A stretch of 64,000 nt of DNA from Escherichia coli (lineage in GTDB: Bacteria; Pseudomonadota; Gammaproteobacteria; Enterobacterales; Enterobacteriaceae). Position numbers and translations under genes: made by a program. The DNA lies in the NCBI RefSeq assembly GCF_003334405.1, contig NZ_QOWM01000005.1, one strand, 5' to 3'. Positions 10,445 to 21,806 of this stretch are shown piece by piece. Below the pieces are notes generated by a model that did no database searches, was not told the origin of the DNA, and saw only the letters and a program-made list of their open reading frames with translations. Every line of letters starts with the position of its first letter. Position 1 is the first letter of the stretch.

Positions 10445-11731
10445 TTACTGATGATTCATCATCAATTTACGCAACGCAGCAAAATCGGCGGGCAGATTAT
10501 GTGAAAGCAAGGGTAAATCAGCACGTTCTGCCAGCTCTTTTGGCAGATCCAACGTTTCACCGAGAATCGCTTCCACGCTCTCTTTAAATTTCGCCGGATG
10601 CGCGGTGCCGAGGAACAAGCCATATTCGCCTGGATTCAACTGGTCACGCAGCGCACGATACGCTACGGCAGCGTGCGGCTCCGAGGTGTAGCCCAGTTCT
10701 TTTAACTCACGCATTGTCTGTTGCGTGGTTTCATCATCCACGGCTGCATAACCCAGCTCTTTCAGTTGCCAGATTTTGCGGCGGAACAACTCTTCCACAC
10801 GCGGCCAGTTGTTCGGCTGACTCACGTCCATCGCGTTGGATAACGTCGCCTGAGTCGCTTTGGGGGACCACTGACCGTCGTGCAGGAAACGTGGCACGGT
10901 ATCGTTCACGTTGGTCGCAGCAATAAAACGTTTCACCGGCAGACCGAGTGACTTCGCCAGCAGACCCGCCGTCAAATCGCCGAAGTTTCCGCTTGGCACC
11001 GAGACAACCAGCTGGTTGCGCGCCTCCTGCGGCAGCTGCGCAACAGCTTCAAAGTAGTAGCAAATCTGCGCCAGCAAACGGCTGATGTTAATCGAGTTAG
11101 CCGAGTTTAACCCCAGCGCCACTTTCAGTTCTTCATCATCAAACGCCTGCTTCACCAGCGTCTGACAGGCATCGAAATCGCCGTCGATGGCAACAGTTTC
11201 GATATTGCCGCCCAATGTACAGAACAGTTTTTCTTGCAGTGGACTGATTTTGCCTCGTGGATAGAGGATAACCACTTTCACATTCGGTAAACCGTAGAAA
11301 GCATGAGCCACTGCCGCTCCGGTATCACCGGAGGTCGCGGTCAGAATGGTCACTGGCTTATCACCCGCAATATGGGTCAGCATTTGTGCCATAAAGCGAC
11401 CGCCGAAATCTTTAAATGCCAGCGTTGGCCCGTGGAACAATTCCAGACAACCGACATCGCTTTCAACATTGGCGACCGGAGCCGAGAAGGCAAACGCCGC
11501 GCGCACGCGCTCTTCCAGGATTTCCTGTGGGATTTCATCACCAATAAACGCCGAGAGGATCTTCGCACTGCGGGTGACAAAATCCAGCTTCAGCATCTCA
11601 TCAATTTCAGTCAGGCTGAATTCCGGCAGGTCATGCGGAAAAAACAGCCCCTGATTTTTGCCCAACCCCTGGGTTACGGCTTGCGCAAAGCTGACCTGCT
11701 CGTTGTGATCTTTCAGATTGTAGAGTTTCAT
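10445..11731 (-). CDS. thrC: Threonine synthase, 428 aa
   Basis: Translation begins MKLYNLKDHNEQVSFAQAV...; PLP-dependent fold; follows thrB in the thr operon. Confidence 0.97.
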   Translation of the reverse strand: MKLYNLKDHNEQVSFAQAVTQGLGKNQGLFFPHDLPEFSLTEIDEMLKLDFVTRSAKILSAFIGDEIPQEILEERVRAAFAFSAPVANVESDVGCLELFHGPTLAFKDFGGRFMAQMLTHIAGDKPVTILTATSGDTGAAVAHAFYGLPNVKVVILYPRGKISPLQEKLFCTLGGNIETVAIDGDFDACQTLVKQAFDDEELKVALGLNSANSINISRLLAQICYYFEAVAQLPQEARNQLVVSVPSGNFGDLTAGLLAKSLGLPVKRFIAATNVNDTVPRFLHDGQWSPKATQATLSNAMDVSQPNNWPRVEELFRRKIWQLKELGYAAVDDETTQQTMRELKELGYTSEPHAAVAYRALRDQLNPGEYGLFLGTAHPAKFKESVEAILGETLDLPKELAERADLPLLSHNLPADFAALRKLMMNHQ

Positions 11732-12664
11732 TTAGTTTTCCAGTACTCGTGCGCCCGCCGTATCCAGCCGGCAAATATGAACAAAACCTTCCTGATTTTG
11801 CAGGTAGTTCTTACCCAACCAGTCGGCAACGCGCTGGGCGGTATCCGGCTTGTCACACAGAGCGAACAAGGTCGGGCCGGAGCCGGAGATACCGCTCGCT
11901 ACCGCGCCGATTTCCGCGACCGCCTGCCGCGCCTGCCGGAAGCCTGGCAGTAATCGTTCACGGTAGGGTTCAGCGATAACATCTTTCATCAGCTTCGCGG
12001 CAAGCTCAGGCTGACGGGAATAGCAGGCGTGAATGAAGCCTGCCAGATGTCGCCCGTGCGCAATGCAATCCTGGCGGCGATACTGCGCCGGTAAAATAGC
12101 CCGGGCTTCTGCCGTCGAGACTTTAATCCCCGGATACGCCAGCACCCACAGCCACTCATCAAACCCAGGCACTTGCTGGCTGATGATGTCGTTTTCTTCG
12201 ATCATCAACTGCATACCACCTAGAAAACACGGTGCCACGTTGTCGTAATGAATGCTGCCGGAGATACGTCCTTCCAGCTCGCCCATCAAAGCCAGCAAAC
12301 GAGTGTCATTAAGCGGCTTGCCGCAGTGTTCATTCATCGCCATCAGCGCCGCGACCACCGAACAGGCGCTGGAGCCTAAGCCCGAACCGATCGGCATATT
12401 CTTTTCCAGAGTCATCGCCACTGGAATTTGCTTGCCAAGCTCCTGGCAAAAACGCTCCCAGCACTGATAAACGATATTTTCCCGTGGTTCTGACGGCAGC
12501 TTATCGGCAAAGCGCCCGAGGTTGTTGAGACTGAATATCTCTGCCGCCTCAACCGTAACTACATCTCCGAGCAATGCACCATCAACGGGTGTCACCGCCG
12601 CCCCGAGCACATCAAACCCGACGCTCATATTGGCACTGGAAGCCGGGGCATAAACTTTAACCAT
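11732..12664 (-). CDS. thrB: Homoserine kinase, 310 aa
   Basis: Translation begins [21 protein letters not shown]...; GHMP kinase motif; between thrA and thrC. Confidence 0.97.
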   Translation of the reverse strand: MVKVYAPASSANMSVGFDVLGAAVTPVDGALLGDVVTVEAAEIFSLNNLGRFADKLPSEPRENIVYQCWERFCQELGKQIPVAMTLEKNMPIGSGLGSSACSVVAALMAMNEHCGKPLNDTRLLALMGELEGRISGSIHYDNVAPCFLGGMQLMIEENDIISQQVPGFDEWLWVLAYPGIKVSTAEARAILPAQYRRQDCIAHGRHLAGFIHACYSRQPELAAKLMKDVIAEPYRERLLPGFRQARQAVAEIGAVASGISGSGPTLFALCDKPDTAQRVADWLGKNYLQNQEGFVHICRLDTAGARVLEN

Positions 12665-12665
12665 G

Positions 12666-15128
12666 TCAGACTCCTAACTTCCATGAGAGGGTACGCAGCA
12701 GATCGGCAAAGACACCAGCAGCGGTAACGTCATTGCCCGCACCATATCCGCGCAGCACCAACGGCAGCGGCTGATAATAGTGGCTATAGAAGGCCAGGGC
12801 GTTTTCGCCATTTTTCACTTTGAACAGCGGATCATTACCATCCACTTCGGCAATCTTCACGCGACAGACGCCATCTTCATCAATATTGCCAACATAGCGC
12901 AAAACTTTTCCTTCATCACGGGCCTTCGCCACGCGCGCGGCAAAGCGATCGTCGAGCTGTGACAGATTCGCCATAAAAGCGGCAACATCACCCTCGGCGT
13001 TAAACTCTGCGGGCAGCACAGGTTCAATTTCAATATCCGCCAGCTCCAGTTCACGTCCCGTTTCACGGGCGAGAATCAATAGTTTACGCGCCACATCCAT
13101 ACCAGAAAGATCATCTCGCGGATCCGGTTCGGTATAACCCATTTCCCGTGCCAGCGTGGTCGCCTCGGAGAAACTCATGCCTTCGTCTAACTTGCCGAAG
13201 ATATAAGAAAGCGATCCTGAAAGAATGCCGGAGAACTTCATCAATTCATCACCAGCATTGAGCAGATTTTGCAGGTTTTCAATAACCGGTAATCCAGCCC
13301 CAACGTTGGTGTCATAGAGGAATTTCCGCCGCGATTTTTCCGCCGCATGACGCAACAGATGGTAGTAATCCATCGACGAGGTGTTGGCCTTTTTGTTCGG
13401 CGTGACAACGTGGAAACCTTCGCGCAGGAAGTCGGCATATTGATCCGCCACTGCCTGGCTGGAGGTGCAGTCAACAATGACCGGGTTCAGCAGATGATAT
13501 TCTTTCACGAGGCGAATTAAGCGCCCGAGATTAAACGGCTCTTTGGCTTGCGCCAGTTCTTCCTGCCAGTTTTCCAGATTTAGGCCATGCACATTGGTGA
13601 GCAGTGCCTTCGAGTTGGCAACACCGCAGACACGTAAGTCGATATGTTTATTCTTCAGCCAGCTTTGCTGACGCTTCAGTTGCTCCAGCAGCGCACCGCC
13701 AACGCCACCGACGCCAATCACAAACACTTCGATAACCTGATCGGTATTGAACAGCATCTGATGAGTAACGCGCACGCCAGTGGTCGCATCATCGTTATTT
13801 ACCACGACAGAGATTGAGCGTTCAGAAGATCCCTGAGCAATAGCGACAATGTTGATATTGGCGCGGGCCAGCGCGGCAAAGAATTTCGCCGAGATCCCAC
13901 GCAAGGTACGCATACCATCACCTACCACCGAGATAATGGCCAGCCGTTCCGTCACCGCCAGCGGCTCCAGTAAGCCTTCTTTCAGTTCCAGGTAGAACTC
14001 TTCCTGCATTGCCCGTTCAGCCCGCACACAGTCGCTTTGCGGAACGCAGAAACTGATACTGTATTCGGAAGATGATTGCGTAATCAGCACCACGGAAATA
14101 CGGGCGCGTGACATCGCGGCAAAGACGCGCGCCGCCATGCCGACCATTCCTTTCATCCCCGGGCCGGAAACGCTGAACATTGCCATGTTATTCAGATTGG
14201 AAATGCCCTTGACCGGTAATTCGTCTTCATCACGACTGGCACCAATGAGCGTACCTGGTGCTTGAGGATTTCCGGTATTTTTAATCAGGCAAGGGATCTG
14301 GAACTGGGCGATGGGGGTAATGGTGCGGGGGTGAAGAACTTTAGCGCCGAAGTAGGAAAGCTCCATCGCTTCCTGGTAGGACATCGACTTCAACAACCTC
14401 GCATCGGGCACCTGACGCGGGTCGCAGGTATAGACCCCGTCAACGTCCGTCCAAATCTCGCAACAATCGGCGCGTAAACAGGCAGCCAGCACCGCCGCGG
14501 AGTAGTCGGAACCGTTGCGTCCAAGTACCACCAGTTCGCCTTTTTCATTACCGGCGGTGAAGCCTGCCATCAGCACCATGTGATCAGCCGGAATACGACT
14601 TGCCGCAATACGGCGGGTGGACTCAGCAATATCGACGGTAGATTCGAGGTAATGCCCCACTGCCAGTAGTTTTTCGACCGGATCGATAACGGTAACGTTG
14701 TGACCACGCGCTTCTAACACGCCGGCCATAATGGCGATCGACATTTTCTCGCCACGGCAAATCAGCGCAGCGTTAATGCTATCCGGGCACTGCCCTAACA
14801 AACTAATGCCATGCAGGACATGTTTTATTTGGGCAAATTCCTGGTCGACGAAAGTTTTCAATTGCGCCAGCGGGAATCCCGGCTGGGCGGCGGCGAGTCC
14901 CGTCAAAAGTTCGGCAAAAATACGTTCGGCATCGCTGATATTGGGTAAAGCATCCTGGCCGCTAATGGTTTTTTCAATCATCGCCACCAGGTGGTTGGTG
15001 ATTTTGGCGGGGGCAGAGAGGACGGTGGCCACCTGCCCCTGCCTGGCATTGCTTTCCAGAATATCGGCAACCCGCAGAAAACGTTCTGCATTTGCCACTG
15101 ATGTACCGCCGAACTTCAACACTCGCAT
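12666..15128 (-). CDS. thrA: Bifunctional aspartokinase I / homoserine dehydrogenase I, 820 aa
   Basis: Translation begins [20 protein letters not shown]...; first gene of the thr operon after the leader. Confidence 0.97.
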   Translation of the reverse strand: MRVLKFGGTSVANAERFLRVADILESNARQGQVATVLSAPAKITNHLVAMIEKTISGQDALPNISDAERIFAELLTGLAAAQPGFPLAQLKTFVDQEFAQIKHVLHGISLLGQCPDSINAALICRGEKMSIAIMAGVLEARGHNVTVIDPVEKLLAVGHYLESTVDIAESTRRIAASRIPADHMVLMAGFTAGNEKGELVVLGRNGSDYSAAVLAACLRADCCEIWTDVDGVYTCDPRQVPDARLLKSMSYQEAMELSYFGAKVLHPRTITPIAQFQIPCLIKNTGNPQAPGTLIGASRDEDELPVKGISNLNNMAMFSVSGPGMKGMVGMAARVFAAMSRARISVVLITQSSSEYSISFCVPQSDCVRAERAMQEEFYLELKEGLLEPLAVTERLAIISVVGDGMRTLRGISAKFFAALARANINIVAIAQGSSERSISVVVNNDDATTGVRVTHQMLFNTDQVIEVFVIGVGGVGGALLEQLKRQQSWLKNKHIDLRVCGVANSKALLTNVHGLNLENWQEELAQAKEPFNLGRLIRLVKEYHLLNPVIVDCTSSQAVADQYADFLREGFHVVTPNKKANTSSMDYYHLLRHAAEKSRRKFLYDTNVGAGLPVIENLQNLLNAGDELMKFSGILSGSLSYIFGKLDEGMSFSEATTLAREMGYTEPDPRDDLSGMDVARKLLILARETGRELELADIEIEPVLPAEFNAEGDVAAFMANLSQLDDRFAARVAKARDEGKVLRYVGNIDEDGVCRVKIAEVDGNDPLFKVKNGENALAFYSHYYQPLPLVLRGYGAGNDVTAAGVFADLLRTLSWKLGV

Positions 15129-15154
15129 GGTTGTTACCTCGTTACCTTTGGTCG

Positions 15155-15191
15155 AAAAAAAAAGCCCGCACTGTCAGGTGCGGGCTTTTTT
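15155..15191 (-). terminator. thr attenuator terminator (stem agcccgcactgtcaggtgcgggct with flanking A/T runs)
   Basis: Hairpin plus U-run between thrL and thrA, read directly from the sequence. Confidence 0.85.
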
Positions 15192-15209
15192 CTGTGTTTC
15201 CTGTACGCG

Positions 15210-15278
<69 letters not shown>

Positions 15279-15488
15279 TGTTGTGTACTCTGTAATTTTT
15301 ATCTGTCTGTGCGCTATGCCTATATTGGTTAAAGTATTTAGTGACCTAAGTCAATAAAATTTTAATTTACTCACGGCAGGTAACCAGTTCAGAAGCTGCT
15401 GTCAGAGACTCTTTTTTTAATCCACACAGAGACATATTGCCCATTGCAGTCAGAATGAAAAGCTGAAAAATACTTACTAAGGCGTTTT

Positions 15489-16175
15489 TTATTTGGTGAT
15501 ATTTTTTTCAATATCATGCAGCAAACGGTGCAACATTGCCGTGTCTCGTTGCTCTAAAAGCCCCAGGCGTTGCTGTAACCAGTCGACCAGTTTTATGTCA
15601 TCAGCCACTGCCAGAGTCGTCAGCAATGCCATGACTCGTTCGCGTAAAGCTTGCAGTTGATGTTGGTCTGCCGTTGTGTCACTTTTCGTCGGTTGTTGTA
15701 TTAATGTTGCTAATTGATAGCAATAGACCATCACTGCCTGCCCCAGATTGAGCGAAGGATAATCCGCCACCATCGGCACACCAGTAAGAACGTCAGCCAA
15801 CGCTAACTCTTCGTTAGTCAACCCGGAATCTTCGCGACCAAACACCAGCGCGGCATGGCTCATCCATGAAGATTTTTCCTCTAACAGCGGCACCAGTTCA
15901 ACTGGCGTGGCGTAGTAATGATATTTCGCCCGACTGCGCGCAGTGGTGGCGACAGTGAAATCGACATCGTGTAACGATTCAACCAGTGTCGGGAAAACTT
16001 TAATATTATCAATAATATCACCAGATCCATGTGCGACCCAGCGAGTGGCTGGCTCCAGATGTGCCTGACTATCGACAATCCGCAGTTCGCTAAACCCCAT
16101 CGTTTTCATTGCCCGCGCCGCTGCCCCAATATTTTCTGCTCTGGCGGGTGCGACCAGAATAATCGTTATACGCAT
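15489..16175 (-). CDS. lasT: SpoU/TrmH-family RNA methyltransferase; start moved to internal ATG (MRITIILVAPAR...), 228 aa
   Basis: ORF track 15489..16196 translation has a SPOUT-methyltransferase fold; position between thr leader region and arcA. Confidence 0.85.
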   Translation of the reverse strand: MRITIILVAPARAENIGAAARAMKTMGFSELRIVDSQAHLEPATRWVAHGSGDIIDNIKVFPTLVESLHDVDFTVATTARSRAKYHYYATPVELVPLLEEKSSWMSHAALVFGREDSGLTNEELALADVLTGVPMVADYPSLNLGQAVMVYCYQLATLIQQPTKSDTTADQHQLQALRERVMALLTTLAVADDIKLVDWLQQRLGLLEQRDTAMLHRLLHDIEKNITK

Positions 16176-16574
16176 ATTGCCACTCTTCTTGACCAAATGA
16201 CCGCGAACAGGGTGATCACTGTCAACTTATTACGCGGTGCGAATTTACAAATCCTTAACGTAAGTCGCAGAAAAAGCCCTTTACTTAGCTTAAAAAAGGC
16301 TAAACTATTTCCTGACTGTACTAACGGTTGAATTGTTAAAAAATGCTACATATCCTTCTGTTTACTTAGGATAATTTTATAAAAAATAAATCTCGACAAT
16401 TGGATTCACCACGTTTATTAGTTGTATGATGCAACTAGTTGGATTATTAAAATAATGTGACGAAAGCTAGCATTTAGATACGATGATTTCATCAAACTGT
16501 TAACGTGCTACAATTGAACTTGATATATGTCAACGAAGCGTAGTTTTATTGGGTGTCCGGCCCCTCTTAGCCTG

Positions 16575-16715
16575 TTATGTTGCTGTTAAAATGGTTAGGA
16601 TGACAGCCGTTTTTGACACTGTCGGGTCCTGAGGGAAAGTACCCACGACCAAGCTAATGATGTTGTTGACGTTGATGGAAAGTGCATCAAGAACGCAATT
16701 ACGTACTTTAGTCAT
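16575..16715 (-). CDS. yjjY: Small protein YjjY, 46 aa (MTKVRNCVLDALSINVNNIISLVVGTFPQDPTVSKTAVILTILTAT)
   Basis: Translated by hand from the minus strand; matches my recollection of the small ORF annotated between arcA and lasT. Below the ORF-track size cutoff. Confidence 0.6.
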   Translation of the reverse strand: MTKVRNCVLDALSINVNNIISLVVGTFPQDPTVSKTAVILTILTAT

Positions 16716-16810
16716 GTTACGCCGATCATGTTAATTTGCAGCATGCATCAGGCAGGTCAGGGACTTTTGTACTTCCTGTTTCGATTTAGTTGGCAATTTA
16801 GGTAGCAAAC

Positions 16811-17527
16811 ATGCAGACCCCGCACATTCTTATCGTTGAAGACGAGTTGGTAACACGCAACACGTTGAAAAGTATTTTCGAAGCGGAAGGCTATGATGTT
16901 TTCGAAGCGACAGATGGCGCGGAAATGCATCAGATCCTCTCTGAATATGACATCAACCTGGTGATCATGGATATCAATCTGCCGGGTAAGAACGGTCTTC
17001 TGTTAGCGCGTGAACTGCGCGAGCAGGCGAATGTTGCGTTGATGTTCCTGACTGGCCGTGACAACGAAGTCGATAAAATTCTCGGCCTCGAAATCGGTGC
17101 AGATGACTACATCACCAAACCGTTCAACCCGCGTGAACTGACGATTCGTGCACGCAACCTGCTGTCCCGTACCATGAATCTGGGTACTGTCAGCGAAGAA
17201 CGTCGTAGCGTTGAAAGCTACAAGTTCAATGGTTGGGAACTGGACATCAACAGCCGTTCGTTGATCGGCCCTGATGGCGAGCAGTACAAGCTGCCGCGCA
17301 GCGAGTTCCGCGCCATGCTTCACTTCTGTGAAAACCCAGGCAAAATTCAGTCCCGTGCTGAACTGCTGAAGAAAATGACCGGCCGTGAGCTGAAACCACA
17401 CGACCGTACTGTAGACGTGACGATCCGCCGTATTCGTAAACATTTCGAATCTACGCCGGATACGCCGGAAATCATCGCCACCATCCACGGTGAAGGTTAT
17501 CGCTTCTGCGGTGATCTGGAAGATTAA
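16811..17527 (+). CDS. arcA: Aerobic respiration control response regulator ArcA (OmpR family), 238 aa
   Basis: Translation begins [33 protein letters not shown]...; receiver domain plus winged-helix output domain. Confidence 0.97.
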
Positions 17528-17543
17528 TCGGCGTTACCACCGT

Positions 17544-17577
17544 CAAAAAAAATGGCGCTTTTTAGCGCCGTTTTTAT
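17544..17577. terminator. Bidirectional rho-independent terminator between convergent arcA and creD
   Basis: Stem ggcgct/agcgcc flanked by an A-run upstream and a T-run downstream, read directly. Confidence 0.6.
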
Positions 17578-17586
17578 TTTTCAACC

Positions 17587-18939
17587 TTATTTCCAGATAC
17601 GTAATTGATCGTCCATTGTAACTTCTTTACTGGCTTTCATTTTCGGCAGTGAAAACGCATACCAGTCGATATTACGAGTCACAAACATCATGCCGGCCAG
17701 CGCCACCACCAGCACACTGGTTCCCAACAACAGCGCGCTATCGGCAGAGTTGAGCAGTCCCCACATCACACCATCCAGCAACAACAGCGCGAGGGTAAAC
17801 AACATGCTGTTGCGCCAGCCTTTCAATACCGCCTGCAAATAAATACCGTTCATTAACGCCCCAATCAGACTGGCGATTATCCATGCCACGGTAAAACCGA
17901 TATGTTCAGAAAGCGCCAGCAAGAGCAAATAAAACATCACCAATGAAAGCCCCACCAGCAAATATTGCATTGGGTGTAAACGTTGCGCGGTGAGCGTTTC
18001 AAAAACAAAGAACGCCATAAAAGTCAGTGCAATCAGCAGAATGGCGTACTTAGTCGCCCGGTCCGTTAATTGGTATTGATCGGCTGGCGTCGTCACTGCG
18101 ACGCTAAACGCGGGGAAGTTTTCCCAGCCGGTATCATTGCCTGAAGCAAAACGCTCACCGAGATTATTAGCAAACCAGCTGCTTTGCCATTGCGCCTGAA
18201 AACCTGACTCGCTAACTTCCCGTTTGGCTGGCAAAAAATCACCTAAAAAACTGGGATGCGGCCAGTTGCTGGTTAAGGTCATTTCGCTATTACGCCCGGC
18301 AGGCACCACAGAAAGATCGCCGGTACCGCTTAAATTCAGGGCCATATTCAGCTTCAGGTTCTGCTTCCGCCAGTCCCCTTCGGGTAAAGGGATATGCACG
18401 CCCTGCCCGCCTTGCTCTAACCCGGTGCCGGGTTCAATGGTCAGCGCCGTTCCGTTAACTTCAGGCGCTTTCACCACACCAATACCACGCGCATCCCCGA
18501 CGCTAATCACAATAAATGGCTTGCCAAAGGTGATATTTGGCGCGTCGAGTTCGCTAAGACGCGAAACATCGAAATCGGCTTTTAGCGTTAAATCACTGTG
18601 CCAGACCTGACCGGTATAAATCCCTATCTTGCGTTCTTCCACGTTCTGATTGCCATCAACCATCAATGACTCAGGTAACCAAAAATGGATAAAACTTCGT
18701 TTCCGCTCCACGGTTTTATCCTCTTCCTGTACCGTATAAAGCTCGGTCACAGGAATAGCGATAAGCGGCCCAACGAGTTTTTGCGGCCCGCTGGTACTTT
18801 GGCGAATCGCATCTTCCACATCGCTACGGTAATCGGCACGTTCGACAATCACCTGCCGAATCAGCATTATCGGAATCAACAACAGCAATACGGCACCAAA
18901 CAGGGTGGTCATTTTCCAGAACAGGGGGGATTTCAACAT
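17587..18939 (-). CDS. creD: Inner membrane protein CreD, 450 aa
   Basis: ORF track translation; last gene of the creABCD cluster. Confidence 0.93.
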   Translation of the reverse strand: MLKSPLFWKMTTLFGAVLLLLIPIMLIRQVIVERADYRSDVEDAIRQSTSGPQKLVGPLIAIPVTELYTVQEEDKTVERKRSFIHFWLPESLMVDGNQNVEERKIGIYTGQVWHSDLTLKADFDVSRLSELDAPNITFGKPFIVISVGDARGIGVVKAPEVNGTALTIEPGTGLEQGGQGVHIPLPEGDWRKQNLKLNMALNLSGTGDLSVVPAGRNSEMTLTSNWPHPSFLGDFLPAKREVSESGFQAQWQSSWFANNLGERFASGNDTGWENFPAFSVAVTTPADQYQLTDRATKYAILLIALTFMAFFVFETLTAQRLHPMQYLLVGLSLVMFYLLLLALSEHIGFTVAWIIASLIGALMNGIYLQAVLKGWRNSMLFTLALLLLDGVMWGLLNSADSALLLGTSVLVVALAGMMFVTRNIDWYAFSLPKMKASKEVTMDDQLRIWK

Positions 18940-18996
18940 AGTCTTCTCCTTTGCAATGGCAGCAGGATACGAAGGCTATGTGGGAAGAATTTGAAG

Positions 18997-20421
18997 CTAT
19001 GTGAAGTGACGGTGAAGTCGAAGCGAGGCCAGCACGCCACCTTCCTGCACGTTGCGCAGCGTGACTTCGCCGTTAAACAAACGGGCGACCTCACTGACGA
19101 ACGCCAACCCCAGACCGCTGCTTTTTTGCCCATTTGCACGCGGCAAAGAGTAAAAGCGTTCAAAAATACGTGACAGCGCGTAGTCAGGAATACCACTACC
19201 GGTATCCAGCACCTTAAGGGCGACGTGTTCCTGATCCACTTCGGCGCTTAGCGTTATGCGACCGCTCTCGGGGGTAAAATCGATGGCGTTATCCAGTAAA
19301 TTCCCCAGCGCCTGCTCCAGTAACGCCGGTTCAGCAGCAACATTAACCTCAGTGGGCATAACATGTAGAGTGATGTTTTTTTCTGCCAACTGCACGGTGC
19401 GCGCTTCGCTGACGCGGCGAAATAATGCCGCCACATCAACAACAGTCAGAACGACTTCCTGACGATTCTCCAGTCTTGCCTGGCGTAGTAACGTTTCCAC
19501 CAGTGCCTGCATTCGCGCATTTTGCGTCAGAATGTTGTCGGTAAAACGAGCCACCACTTCCGGCGGCGGACCTTCGCGTAAAATTTCCGCCGCGCCACGA
19601 ATCGCCGCGAGTGGGCTTTTTAGCTCATGGGTTAACGCATAAACATACTGCTCAATATAGTTTTTCCCTTCCAGCTTCACGCGCATACTTTCCAGCGCCT
19701 GCGCGAGTTTACGCAGTTCGCTACTACCGAGATCGGGAAGAGGAACGGGCTTATTGTCAGTGACGGAATCAGCATAGCGAGTGAGCCGGGCAATGGAGCG
19801 GTTGATCCACCAAACCATGCCTGCGCCAATCACCAGTGCGATCCCCAACAAAATGGCGCTGGCCCATAAAATTCGCCGCTCGCTGCGTTTAATGACCGGA
19901 GCCATCGCCGCGTTCGGTTTGCCTACGCTCAAAACGCCAATAAGCCGCGAGCCGTCCATAATCGGCGCGGCAACATACATCACCGAACTTTCGGGATCGG
20001 CAGGATTTTGCAACGTGCTACGCGCACCATACTGACCACGCAACGTTAGCCAGACGTCATTCCAGCGCGAATAATCCTGTCCAACGGCTTTATTTGCCGA
20101 ATCGAACAATACTTTGCCCTGCGCATCGGTCATATAGACATGATATTCATTGCGCACTTTGTTAATGCCACCAATATTGGCGCGAAACGGGCGATGTTGT
20201 AGCTGATTAAACGCCTGCGCCAGTTGCCCATGCGTTGGGTCCCCAGAGAGCAAATCGGGACGCGCCAGCTCCGCCAGTAACGTTGCCGTGTCGATCAACG
20301 TCCCCTCCGTTGCTCTTCGCACGCCCGGTTTAACTTCTTTGACAAAAATAGCCAGTACGAACCAGGCCGCCACCGCCACCAGTAAAAAATAGCCCAGCAG
20401 CAACCGCATGCCGATATGCAT
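18997..20421 (-). CDS. creC: Sensor histidine kinase CreC, 474 aa
   Basis: Translation has two transmembrane segments, HAMP region, H-box and ATPase motifs; start overlaps the creB stop by one base. Confidence 0.95.
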   Translation of the reverse strand: MHIGMRLLLGYFLLVAVAAWFVLAIFVKEVKPGVRRATEGTLIDTATLLAELARPDLLSGDPTHGQLAQAFNQLQHRPFRANIGGINKVRNEYHVYMTDAQGKVLFDSANKAVGQDYSRWNDVWLTLRGQYGARSTLQNPADPESSVMYVAAPIMDGSRLIGVLSVGKPNAAMAPVIKRSERRILWASAILLGIALVIGAGMVWWINRSIARLTRYADSVTDNKPVPLPDLGSSELRKLAQALESMRVKLEGKNYIEQYVYALTHELKSPLAAIRGAAEILREGPPPEVVARFTDNILTQNARMQALVETLLRQARLENRQEVVLTVVDVAALFRRVSEARTVQLAEKNITLHVMPTEVNVAAEPALLEQALGNLLDNAIDFTPESGRITLSAEVDQEHVALKVLDTGSGIPDYALSRIFERFYSLPRANGQKSSGLGLAFVSEVARLFNGEVTLRNVQEGGVLASLRLHRHFT

Positions 20422-21110
20422 TACAAGCCCCTCAGGCTATATCCCATGCCGCGATGAGTATTAATCGGTGAAAGATCGGGGTTGATGGCGCGCAGCTTGG
20501 CACGCAGCGTTTTAATGTGGGTATCGACGGTGCGATCGTAGGTGTCCTGCGCATCTTCCCACACGCTATCCATTAGTTGCTGGCGGGACCAGACGCGGCC
20601 TGGCGACTTGAGTAACGTCTTCAGCAATAAAAACTCATACCGCGTCAGCGTTAATGGCGTGTCAAACCAGCTGATCTGCGCCGCGGGTTCATTCAATTCA
20701 AAATGACCAATACGGATGACGGGAGACGGCGTCGAGAACTTCTTCACCCGACGCAGTAAGGTGCGCACCCTGGCGCACACTTCGCGGGGTGAAAACGGTT
20801 TAGCCACATAGTCGTCAGCGCCAATTTCCAGCCCAAGCAGGCGATCGACCTCTTCACTTCGGGCCGTCAGGAACAGTACAGGTAACGCCGGATGGAGCGC
20901 CAGTAACTGGCGGCACAATTCAAAGCCACTGATATCAGGCAAACCAACGTCGAGAATCATGACGTCGGGAACCTGCTGGCGAGCTTTATCCAGCACCGGC
21001 AAACCTCGCTCAAAGACCTCGACGGCAAAACCTTCCTGCTGCAACATGTAGACCAGCGTGTCGGCTATCCCTTGCTCATCTTCCACTAACCAGACCGTTT
21101 CCCGTTGCAT
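20421..21110 (-). CDS. creB: Response regulator CreB (OmpR family), 229 aa
   Basis: Translation begins MQRETVWLVEDEQGIADTLVYMLQQEGF... Confidence 0.95.
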   Translation of the reverse strand: MQRETVWLVEDEQGIADTLVYMLQQEGFAVEVFERGLPVLDKARQQVPDVMILDVGLPDISGFELCRQLLALHPALPVLFLTARSEEVDRLLGLEIGADDYVAKPFSPREVCARVRTLLRRVKKFSTPSPVIRIGHFELNEPAAQISWFDTPLTLTRYEFLLLKTLLKSPGRVWSRQQLMDSVWEDAQDTYDRTVDTHIKTLRAKLRAINPDLSPINTHRGMGYSLRGL

Positions 21111-21122
21111 AAATCGCCTCTG

Positions 21123-21596
21123 TTATTGCCGCCACGGCATGACAGGAACCGCGCTAATCGCGTTTTTCGGCGAACCTTCTACAACTTTGTCGGAGTAAGC
21201 CAGATAAGCGAGCGCGTTGCGTTTGGCGTCATAAAAGCGCACGACCTGTAACGACTTAAAGACCAGGGACGTGCGTTTTTTGAATACTACCTCGCCCTGA
21301 GCTTTGCCGTTTTTAATACGATCCGACAGTTCAATCGGCCCGACTTGCTGACAAGAAATGGCCGCATCGGAGGTATCTTCTGCCAGGCCCAATCCCCCTT
21401 TAATACCACCGGTTTTCGCCCGGCTCACATAACAGGTGACATTTTTCACATCGGGATCGTCAAAGGCTTCCACAACAATTTTGTGATCCGGGCCGATCAT
21501 TTTAAATACGGTGTCGACCGAACCAATCTCTTCTGCATGAGCCAATGGCCCCAGCATTATCAGGCTTAAAGACAGGATCAAATGCTTGTATTTCAT
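21123..21596 (-). CDS. creA: CreA, periplasmic protein of unknown function with signal peptide, 157 aa
   Basis: ORF track translation; first gene of the cre cluster. Confidence 0.92.
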
Positions 21597-21806
21597 ATTG
21601 TTACCATTTTTATCTATTACACGAGCAATTAGTTCGTCACGGTAAATAACATATTGATTAAGAACAAAATCTCAATTCTTTTATTTCCGTCAAGCCCTAA
21701 AACATACTCTACTAAGAAAAAAACACTGAATGCTAAAACAGCAAAAAATGCTATTATCCAATTACCTGATGTCAGGTGCTCGTTGTTGAAAGGATGAGGA
21801 TATTTT

